Source: Macrostomum lignano
Taxonomy: Eukaryota
Reading direction: 5' to 3'
Assembly (NCBI GenBank): GCA_002269645.1
Contig: NIVC01002639.1
Span: forward strand, 62,485 to 126,000
Length of the DNA: 63,516 nucleotides
The number at the start of each line of letters is the position of its first letter. The first letter of the stretch is position 1. Both the position numbers and the translations under genes were made by a program. The notes under the pieces were generated by a model, which had not been told where the DNA came from, did no database searches, and worked only from the letters and a program-made list of their open reading frames with translations. Of the stretch, positions 12,807 to 22,796 are shown piece after piece.

Positions 12807-14217
12807 GTCTGTCTATCTATCTATCTATCTATCTATTTATCTATCTATCTATCTGTCTGTCTATCTATCTATCTATCTGTCTATCTATCTATCTGTCTTC
12901 TATCTATCTATCTATCCAGATGCCACTCAGTACCTGCTGCAGGCAGTGCCTCCGCCATCCAGCTGCCTGATTCGCTTCTTCATCGCTGCGGCTTTGACTT
13001 TGGCTGCATTCGCCGCAGCCGCTGCCGGCTAAGCGACTCGTTGCTCCGTTATCAGCTGAGTAGTCGTTGATCTGGATGCTCGGGTTGGCGTGGTTGGTGC
13101 CAGCCGGGCCCCCCTGCTGGCTGCGGCCTCCGCCAGCCGCGCTGGCAGCCCTTCTCAGCGCGGAGCGGACCGTCCCCCCGAGCTTCGACCGGAAGCCCTC
13201 GTAGGACACGTAGTAGACCAGAATGTTGACAGTGGAGTCCAGGCACGTAGCCAGGTTGGCCAAGTAGCCGATGGTATTCCAACCAACCGTGACAGCACTG
13301 TTGCTATCCAGACTGTCCCGGGGGTCAATGCACTTGAGCACGGTGGGCCATTCGAAGGCCAGAAATGCCAGGCAGATGCAGGTCACTGTTCGATTCCTGG
13401 CAGCGAATCGGTCTCCTTGAAGCTTGACGTCGCCACGGCTGTGGCAGTGATGCCGATGCTGATGCTGCATCAGCCGAGCGCGGAGTCTGCGCTGAGCTAG
13501 GATGCTTCTCAGCAGGCGCACGGTGCAAATTAGCAAGCAGATACACGGGCCGCAGCTCTGGAATAGGAAGAGCGCAGCGCCCAGGTAGACTATTCGGTAG
13601 ACTTTTGAGCCATTCAGCTGGCTGTCCAGGTGGCTGACCTGCCAGTCCGATGAGCACACTACCGCTTGGAATTCGAGCAGTCTGGGCAGGGCGATGAGGC
13701 AGCTCAAGACGCCTGCCAGCATCAGGCGTCTGGCCGCGGCTCCGCGGGTTGGCCCGCTGCCACCGCCCCCGCGCGCTGTGCAGGCGGCAAGCAGCGAGCA
13801 GCGGAAATAGCTGATAGCAACTACAGCCCAATTGCGCAGAATGTGCAGCGCCGTTACCATAGCAATCGTGCCAGTGAGCACCATAGCAACCAATTTCGCG
13901 GCCAGTCCAGTTGGCAATCGAAGCAAATTGGAATCCATGGCGTATATTAGAGTCTGGTTCAGAGCGAACACGCCCTGGAATGCGGACTCTGCTATGGACA
14001 GGGCTCGCAGCAGCCGGTGAAACTCCAGACTAGGCTTCATGCGGAGGAACACGGCCCAGCTGATGAGATTCAACACGCAGTTGATTGTAGCCAAGCCGAT
14101 GATGGCAGGGTAGTAGATTCTTAGCGCCGGGTGCTGGCTAAGGAATTCCCCGTTGTACCGGCTGGCGTTCTCGCACTCGTGACTGGAATTTCCGGTTAGA
14201 ATCAGGCTGTAGCTCAT
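12587..14217 (-). CDS. Rhodopsin-family (class A) GPCR, FMRFamide/peptide-receptor-like; 437 aa unspliced (stop 12904) or about 465 aa with a final exon 12700-12587
   Basis: ORF 14217-12904 has seven hydrophobic segments, N-terminal N-glycosylation sequons (NSS, NAS), TM1 N (CVLNLISW), a TM3-end ISYFRC, an ECL2 Cys, TM6 FEWP and TM7 [10 protein letters not shown] possible last intron 12933-12701 (CAG|GTACTG..GACAG) joins in phase to a 37-codon tail. Confidence 0.88.
12701..12916. repeat. (TATC)n / (GATA)n microsatellite at the GPCR 3-prime end
   Basis: About 54 tetramers with TGTC/TTTA interruptions. Confidence 0.97.
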
Positions 14218-14419
14218 GGCGCGCTGTGGTGACGGTCTAGGCAGCTAACTAGTTCAGGTTTGCCTGTCTGTCTAATGCGGCTGAGGCGAAGGGGATGAGG
14301 CACCGTGTGACGGCCGATTGATTTATATTTTAACCTGTGCGCCATTTGGGGATGTCATCCAGCTGCGGTCTCAGTCATTGGCTGCGGTCTCAGTCTGTGA
14401 GATGCACTGTGGCCGAGAT

Positions 14420-14616
14420 AGACGTGCTTCGGTAATCTGTCTGCCTGCCTGTCTGTCTGCCTGTCTGCCTGTCTGTCTGTCTGTCTGTCTGCTTGTCTGT
14501 CAACATGTTGTTGCTTTCACGAACGCGAAACTTCACAACCGCTAAAACGACTGCCGTGTATGAAAGTAAGTGCAAAATTTTTAGCGATTGTGAAGTTTCG
14601 CGTTTGTGAAACCCAC

Positions 14617-14669
<53 letters not shown>

Positions 14670-14890
14670 TTCTGTCTGCTTGTCTGTCTGTTCCTGTCTG
14701 TCTGTCTGTCTGTCTGTCTGTTCCTGTCTGTCTATCTGTGTGAGTGTCTTGTCTGTAAGTGTCCATCTCCCTATGTCTGTCTGTCTATCTGTGTGAGTGT
14801 CTTGTCTGTAAGTGTCCATCTCCCTATGTGTCTGTCTATCTGTGTGAGTGTCTTGTCTGTAAGTGTCTAACTCCCTATCCGTCTGTCTGT
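14420..14890. mobile_element. (CTGT)n-flanked hairpin element, HINE/DINE-like candidate
   Basis: 33-bp inverted arms 14515-14547 and 14579-14611 (2 mismatches, 31-nt spacer) between CTGT microsatellites. Confidence 0.4.
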
Positions 14891-15469
14891 CTTGTCAGTC
14901 TTTTGCTAACACCTGCCCTTGTCTTATCCAGCTCAAGTATGCAGCTTCTAATGATTATCAATTGAATCAGTTTTGGCTGCACCTGGTTGCACTGCCTGAA
15001 ATCACGGCTAAGAAAGATGACTTTATTGAATTCCCGATCTGTAGGCATTGAATCTTCAGTCCACTAAAAAGGCGGAAAATAAATTAATCGAATGTTAAGC
15101 TAATTTAGGGAGCACGGGGACCAGGGATGAGGATATCCGCTTGATTAGCGCCGAAGTGAGTGCGGGATCCGGCTGTCGCACTGTTTCATCTGTCTCATTT
15201 TGTTTTAATTCAAATTAGCTGGCACAAGTCACAGTTCCACGGGAGGGATCTCTTAGTCAATGCAGTCCTGTCGCAGGGCTGTCTCCGCGCCTTTCCTTGG
15301 GCCCGCATTAAACTTTCGTCCATCGTAGAAGCTCATGCTGGCAATGAGAAAGCCTATTTTAAGAGACTAGTTGGCCAAGAGCAGCAATTATCTCAAATAA
15401 CAGGCAGAATCCGCACACGCTGCATTGTACGTAGCTAAATAGGGCCTATGCAGCAGATACTATTTTCAC

Positions 15470-18107
15470 AGGGGTGTGACACTCGTGGATGGATGTGTGA
15501 CACTCTTGGATGGATGTGTGACACTCTTGGATGGATGTGTGACACTCTTGGATGGATGTGTGACACTCTTGGATGGATGTGTGACACTCTTGGATGGATG
15601 TGTGACACTCTTGGATGTGTGACACTCGTGGATGAATGTGTGACACTCTTGGATGGATGTGTGACACTCTTGGATGGATGTGTGACACTCTTGGATGGAT
15701 GTGTGACACTCTTGGATGGATGTGTGACACTCATGGATGGATGTGTGACACTCTTGGATGGATGTGTGACACTATTGGATGGATGTGTGACACTCTTGGA
15801 TGTGTGACACTCTTGGATGGATGTGTGACACTATTGGATGGATGTGTGACACTCTTGGATGTGTGACACTCTTGGATGTGTGACACTCTTGGATGGATGT
15901 GTGACACTATTGGATGGATGTGTGACACTCTTGGATGTGTGACACTCTTGGATGGATGTGTGACACTCATGGATGGATGTGTGACACTCTTGGATGTGTG
16001 ACACTCTTGGATGGATGTGTGACACTATTGGATGGATGTGTGACACTCTTGGATGTGTGACACTCTTGGATGGATGTGTGACACTCATGGATGGATGTGT
16101 GACACTCTTGGATGGATGTGTGACACTATTGGATGGATGTGTGACACTCTTGGATGTGTGACACTCTTGGATGGATGTGTGACACTATTGGATGGATGTG
16201 TGACACTCTTGGATGTGTGACACTCTTGGATGGATGTGTGACACTATTGGATGGATGTGTGACACTCTTGGATGTGTGACACTCTTGGATGGATGTGTGA
16301 CACTATTGGATGGATGTGTGACACTCTTGGATGTGTGACACTCTTGGATGGATGTGTGACACTCTTGGATGTGTGACACTCTTGGATGGATGTGTGACAC
16401 TATTGGATGGATGTGTGACACTCTTGGATGGATGTGTGACACTCTTGGATGGATGTGTGACACTATTGGATGGATGTGTGACACTCTTGGATGTGTGACA
16501 CTCTTGGATGGATGTGTGACACTCTTGGATGTGTGACACTATTGGATGGATGTGTGACACTCTTGGATGTGTGACACTATTGGATGGATGTGTGACACTC
16601 TTGGATGTGTGACACTCTTGGATGGATGTGTGACACTCTTGGATGTGTGACACTCTTGGATGGATGTGTGACACTATTGGATGGATGTGTGACACTCTTG
16701 GATGTGTGACACTCTTGGATGGATGTGTGACACTATTGGATGGATGTGTGACACTCTTGGATGTGTGACACTCTTGGATGGATGTGTGACACTCTTGGAT
16801 GTGTGACACTCTTGGATGGATGTGTGACACTCTTGGATGGATGTGTGACACTCTTGGATGTGTGACACTCTTGGATGGATGTGTGACACTCTTGGATGTG
16901 TGACACTCTTGGATGGATGTGTGACACTCTTGGATGGATGTGTGACACTCTTGGATGGATGTGTGACACTATTGGATGGATGTGTGACACTCTTGGATGT
17001 GTGACACTCTTGGATGGATGTGTGACACTATTGGATGGATGTGTGACACTCTTGGATGTGTGACACTCTTGGATGGATGTGTGACACTCTTGGATGTGTG
17101 ACACTCTTGGATGGATGTGTGACACTCTTGGATGTGTGACACTCTTGGATGGATGTGTGACACTCTTGGATGGATGTGTGACACTCTTGGATGTGTGACA
17201 CTCTTGGATGGATGTGTGACACTATTGGATGGATGTGTGACACTCTTGGATGTGTGACACTCTTGGATGCGTGACACTCTTGGGTGTGTGACACTCTTGG
17301 ATGTGTGACACTCTTGGATGTGTGACACTCTTGGGTGCGTGACACTCTTGGATGGATGTGTGACACTCTTGGATGTGTGACACTCTTGGATGTGTGACAC
17401 TCTTGGGTGCGTGACACTCTTGGATGTGTGACACTCTTGGATGTGTGACACTCTTGGGTGTGTGACACTCTTGGATGTGTGACACTCTTGGATGTGTGAC
17501 ACTCTTGGGTGCGTGACACTCTTGGATGTGTGACACTCTTGGATGTGTGACACTCTTGGGTGTGTGACACTCATGGATGGATGTGTGACACTCTTGGATG
17601 GATGTGTGACACTCATGGATGGATGTGTGACACTCATGGATGGATGTGTGACACTCTTGGATGTGTGACACTCTTGGGTGTGTGACACTCATGGATGGAT
17701 GTGTGACACTCTTGGATGGATGTGTGACACTCATGGATGGATGTGTGACACTCATGGATGGATGTGTGACACTCTTGGATGTGTGACACTCTTGGGTGTG
17801 TGACACTCATGGATGGATGTGTGACACTCTTGGATGGATGTGTGACACTCATGGATGGATGTGTGACACTCATGGATGGATGTGTGACACTCTTGGATGT
17901 GTGACACTCTTGGGTGTGTGACACTCATGGATGGATGTGTGACACTCTTGGATGGATGTGTGACACTCATGGATGGATGTGTGACACTCTTGGATGTGTG
18001 ACACTCTTGGGTGTGTGACACTCTTGGATTGATGTGTGACACTCTTGGATGGATGTGTGACACTCATGGATGGATGTGTGACACTCTTGGATGGATGTGT
18101 GACACTC
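15470..18107. repeat. 21/17-bp satellite, 2.6 kb, with local 118-bp higher-order repeat
   Basis: GTGTGACACTCTTGGATGGAT and the 17-bp variant lacking GGAT. Confidence 0.97.
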
Positions 18108-18748
18108 TCATGATTGGGGGATGTGACATTCACTAACTCATTGGTTTAGTTGCAGTAAAATAAACATATCACATGTATGGACCAAGGACCACTAGGAACA
18201 CTTAGTTCTGAACGATTTCGCGAGCTTTGATTGTGCAACTCATTATATTGCAATGGTAAACAATGTAATGTGCAAATCCACCAACACATTTCAATATAGC
18301 TCGTATATTTATTTATTTATTTTTAGCTAGAAAATATTCGGCATCCGAATAAATTCCTTTTAGCATATGCCATTTAAAGCATCGGCGTTCAATACGACTT
18401 TGTAGTGGCGTTGAATTGTCTAGTGCGCGCAGTGACATTGATTTTGGCGACTCCGTGTGCAGCATCCGGCCTTGACCCCAGACACAGAGTGGCCACACAG
18501 AGTGAAGATGAGAATCTGTGTGCGTGCTCAGGCATCAGGCGACCTGCTTGTCTCCAATTGCTGACTGCGGGTCGGCTGTCGCTTTAATTTTCAGCGGTGC
18601 CTAAAGACCCTCACTCTCTATAGCTAAATTCTATTAGCTACGGCGATTCAGTAACGCATGAGAAGAAACGCGCAAGCGCTGTTGCTTGTCTAGGCATCAT
18701 GCGGGTTGCCAGGATTTTTTATCAGCTGTGTTGGTGCCGTTTTCTTTC

Positions 18749-19112
18749 TTTTTTTATTATTAGAGGCAGGGGGGTTGTGTGCACCCTGGCGCAATTTAAG
18801 CGTCATTGGCACACAACCGGCGAGAGGCATTACTGCCCATTCCGCCGACTCCCCTGAGCAGGCATACAAGCGCGCGGATACGTACGCAGGCACACACTCA
18901 CACAGGAGTGTACAGCGGCCCTAACTTTATCAATTGTTAGGCATGTACACTTCACTGCGCCTTGGGGGTGGGCTCTCAAGGCCGTTAATTGCACAAGCGA
19001 GCCAAGCCAAGATTCCAATCCAGCCCCAAATTAATGTGGCTGCACTTGGAATCGAGCCTGGGTCGCGGCACACCAGAGCAGCTGCGCTACCGCTGGGCTA
19101 CGGCCCCCCTTT
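18749..19112 (-). mobile_element. tRNA-derived SINE, full length, with 14-bp TSD
   Basis: Head GGGGGCCGTAGCCCAGCGGTAGCG.. with A box TAGCCCAGCGG (19100-19090) and B-box-like GGCTCGATTCC (19058-19048); A-rich tail TAATAATAAAAAAA; direct repeat TGCCGTTTTCTTTC at 18735-18748 and 19113-19126. Confidence 0.8.
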
Positions 19113-19400
19113 TGCCGTTTTCTTTCAATTGCTGCCGTTTTTATTAGTGCCATTTTATTTGAATTGGTGCCTTTTATTTAAATTGGTGCTATTTTATTGA
19201 ATTGGTGCCGTTTTATTTAAATTGGTGCTATTTTATTTGAATTGGTGTCGTTTTATTTAAATTGGTGCTATTTTACTTGAATTGTTGCCGTTTTATTTAA
19301 ATTGGTGCTATTTTTAGAATTGGTGCCGTTTTATTTGAACTGGTGCCATTTTATTTGATATAGTGCCCTTTTAGTTGAACTAGTGCCATTTTATTTGAGT
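19113..19400. repeat. About 20-bp degenerate minisatellite
   Basis: AATTGGTGCCGTTTTATTT(A/G); one further unit lies left of the SINE at 18731. Confidence 0.9.
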
Positions 19401-19848
19401 AAGCGCCAATTTCTCGAATTTCGACTTGTTTATTAATTATGCAAGCCTATAGGCGCTGCTATAAGTTGAGTTTAGCTAATAATTAAATAAGAATTCTGTG
19501 AGAACATTAAAATATGCTAGTATAGTAGCTGCACGCACCAGGCAAAGGAAATCGAGAGCTGAGAGCCAGAGGGGCCGGGGCTTCGCTTCTATACTGAGAC
19601 TCCTTTCTCTCTCTCCGCTCCTCTCTTCCTTGCCGCTCACTTTTCACTCACCTTGGGCTGCCACCCACTCACCGCAACGCCCCCCTTCTCAACCCAACCC
19701 CCGGTTGTCAGGGGCAACTGCTGTACACCTGCGTGGCACAGTTTTTATAGCGAGCTGCATTCGTGTTTTAACGGCTTATATAGACTTAGCATGCGTATCT
19801 GTCAAATAGTTAATTAGCAAAGTCCACCAAACTGCAGTACCCAGCGCT

Positions 19849-21196
19849 ATGACAGACAGTTTAACGGAAGAGCAGGTGGCAGAGTGCAAGGAGGTGTTCG
19901 CCCTGTTCGACAAGCAGGGAGTCGGCCAGGTGCCCACCGAGTCATTGGGACGCTTGCTGCGCGCCTTGGGATATAATCCTTCTAATAGGGAGGTTCAGGT
20001 GAGGATCCAGTTGATCGTGATGTGCCGTACGGCTTGATCTTAGGGAGTGCATACAAGTGCCTCCAGCTCGTATGAAAATTAATTGCAAAACTGTGTTTGA
20101 CATTAAGAAAGGGGACGTGCAGAGTATATGGGTTCCTGAATGCTTTCGTTTATGAGCAGTAGTGCGGCCTTGGTTTTTTATTGTGAACTGGACGGACGTG
20201 GATCCGTGTCCTTTTGCCACCCGGTTCGAAGGGGATAGAGCCCTCCTAACCATTGAGAGTGAGTTTATGAGTTCCTGAGTGATAGTGATTTCATGAGTTC
20301 CTGGGTGAGTTACTGAGCTCCTGAGTGATTTCATGAGTTCCTGGGTGAGTTCATGAGCTCCTGAGTGATTTCATGAGTTCCTGGGTGAGTTCATGAGCTC
20401 CTGAGTGATTTCATGAGTTCCTGGGTGAGTTCATGAGCTCCTGAGTGAGTTCATGAGTTCATGAATTTGTTTCTCAGTAAGTTCATGAGTTCATGAATTA
20501 TTGTAGTTCCTGAATGAGTTCCCGAGTGAGTTCATGAATGAGATCCTGAGTGAGCTGAGTGAGTTCATAAGTGAGTTAATGAGTTCCTGGGTAAGTTCCT
20601 GGTGAGTTCATGAGTTCCTGAGTGTGTTCATGAGTGAGTCCTCGAGTGTGTTCATGAGTGAGCCCTCGAGTGAGTTTATGAACGAGTTCCTGACTGAATT
20701 CATGAGTTCATGAGTGAGTTCCCGAGTAAGTTGAGTGAGTTCCTGAGTTTATGAGAGCATGAGTAGATGAGCGAGTTTATGAATTGATAAGTATGCATTA
20801 AGATAACTCTAAAGAGCCGCGCTCCCGATATGTAGCGTGATAAACTTCGCAAATTGAATATTCACCAGCCAAAAAAATCGCCCCCTCTGGCAGGAGATGA
20901 TCAACCAAGTGGCCTCCGAATCTGGGGATGTAATCGACTTCACCACCTTCAGCGATCTGGTTGGCAAGCGACTGTCTGCCGTGTCCACCTCCGAGGACAC
21001 CTTGGAGGAGGCGTTCCGCGCCTTGGACCGTCAGCTGACCGGCCGGCTGAAGGCGGCGGATCTGCGAGTGCTGCTGACCAACATGGGCGAGTGCCTGACG
21101 GAGGAGGAGGTTGAGGAGATGATGCAGGAGGCCCAGGTCGGGCCGAAAGGCGAGTTCGACTATCGCGAGTTCACCCGATTGGTCTTGTCGAAGTAG
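19849..21196 (+). CDS. Calmodulin-like / myosin light-chain-like EF-hand protein (CALML4-like), 2 exons, 150 aa
   Basis: Exons 19849-19998 and 20894-21196 (CAG|GTGAGG..GCAG|GAG, phase 0). Colinear with calmodulin over the full length ([64 protein letters not shown]). Confidence 0.9.
20270..20780. repeat. About 40-bp degenerate minisatellite in the calmodulin-like intron
   Basis: TTCATGAGTTCCTGGGTGAGTTCATGAGCTCCTGAGTGAT. Confidence 0.92.
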
Positions 21197-21989
21197 AAAA
21201 GTTACAGGTATAGCTGCTTAGCAACGCAACTCGTTTATCATGGTTACCACCGGCTGCCTTACCAACGAACAACTATTAAAAATGGAAAATTTGTTGTAGT
21301 AAAATTGCAAATGACTGTAAAATAAACAGAAAATATGAAAAAGCAGAATCCTCATTATATACATATATTTAATCCTCGTTACCTATTATTCTAAAAAAAC
21401 AAGCTATATGGCTTTGAGATTGGTAAGTCACTGAGTGCATCTGGCGTTGTCTGTGCGGTCGCACAGGAAGATGGCGCAAAAACTGCGCATTTACAGGTCG
21501 TCACGTGCGGTGGTTGAAATGAAGTCGACTCACGCTTCTGCATGAGCAGACATGCCACGCCAAGTCCTCCTGTCGGAGATGGATGGATGGTTGCCCGCGG
21601 GGCTTCAGCACAAGGGAGCCGAGCTAGCGGAAGGCTTCGCACTTCTTTGCACACAGAAGAGAGCAGGCAGTGAGACGGCAGGATGTCGGGAGCTTCGTAC
21701 ATGTAGCTGCTGTCATTTTCACGTAGGTATCGGCGGAACAACATAACCTCCATCCACCACTACTTATAAAGCTTGGAATATTGGAGTCTAGCTTGGAACG
21801 TTATCTACGTAACATTTTTATGAATTCTACCCACGATGTGACTATAGTTACATAGGGTTATTTAATATTACTGTTATCATTAAAATGACGCTGACACAAT
21901 GCGCGGGTCCACGAAACACCCGCTGGTGGAGAACAGCTGAGTCCAGCCTATACCCTACGAGCTAGCTGCAGACTGAAGAGTATAAAGCC

Positions 21990-22796
21990 CAGAGACTGCT
22001 ATTGATCAAAGAAAAAAGTGAGGTCAGCACCGTCTCAACCGCCAAGCGGAATTGGCCAACCTTCAGGCTGTCAGCACCTCTGTTCTGCCGTAGTTGATGC
22101 GGAGCCCTGCGCGCTTCCCTTCGTCAACCAGCCGACTGACCGCCCTCTGACCACAGCTTCGGGGCTGCAGCAGCTGATAGCACCACCTGGGCGTCGGCGT
22201 AAAGGAAAGGCAGGACATCTTGGCACAGGGAAAGTGGGAGCTACGGCGAGGCATGGGGTCAGCTTAATTTGGCAGAGGAAAAGAGGGCGAAGCACCACTT
22301 CATAGCCGTCTTCGTCGCGTAGAGCCAGTCGAATGAAATACATGTACATGTGATGTACATTAGTCATACATGTAATAGGAAGACCAAATAGAAATGAAAA
22401 TAATGTGCCACCTTATATGACTCCGGAGGTTGATGGCAAATGATCATGAGGCGTAGTGAATCTACGCCTCAATGATCTGATGGCAAATGATCAGAGACTG
22501 CTATTGATCAAAGAAAAAAGTGAGGTCAGCACCGTCTCAACCGCCAAGCGGAATTGGCCAACCTTCAGGCTGTCAGCACCTCTGTTCTGCCGTAGTTGAT
22601 GCGGAGCCCTGCGCGCTTCCCTTCGTCAACCAGCCGACTGAAGGTTGCTCTTCGTCGCGTAGAGCCAGTCGAATGAAATACATGTACATGTGATGTACAT
22701 TAGTCATACATGTAATAGGAAGACCAAATAGAAATGAAAATAATGTGCCACCTTATATGACTCCGGAGGTTGATGGCAAATGATCATGAGGCGTAG
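21990..22796. repeat. Local tandem duplication with internal deletion
   Basis: 21990-22139 equals 22492-22641 and 22309-22456 equals 22649-22796; the second copy lacks 22140-22308. Confidence 0.92.
22066..22230 (-). mobile_element. Degenerate RTE-like LINE reverse-transcriptase fragment, partly duplicated at 22570-22641
   Basis: LYADAQVVLS (decayed YADD) and, after a frameshift, RLVDEGKRAGLRINYGRTEVL, resembling the non-LTR RT motif GLxINxxKTxV. Confidence 0.55.

Noticed and set aside
13090-14020. Antisense and alternate-frame ORFs over the GPCR, ZC3HC1, PRMT7 and klu exons
   Set aside because: Expected shadows of GC-rich coding sequence.
15435-18133. Many long ORFs (SVTHP/ECHT/CDTLGW repeats)
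   Set aside because: Translations of a stop-poor 21/17-bp satellite; frames switch with unit length.
19035-19109. tRNA gene
   Set aside because: B box deviates (GCTCGA for GTTCGA), no convincing anticodon arm or acceptor stem, and it is followed by a SINE body, A-tail and TSD.
21391-21753. 120-aa minus-strand ORF as a gene
   Set aside because: No recognisable domain; the plus strand has faint RTE-like words (RWL, MPRQVLLSE), so a LINE relic is at least as likely, but too weak to call.
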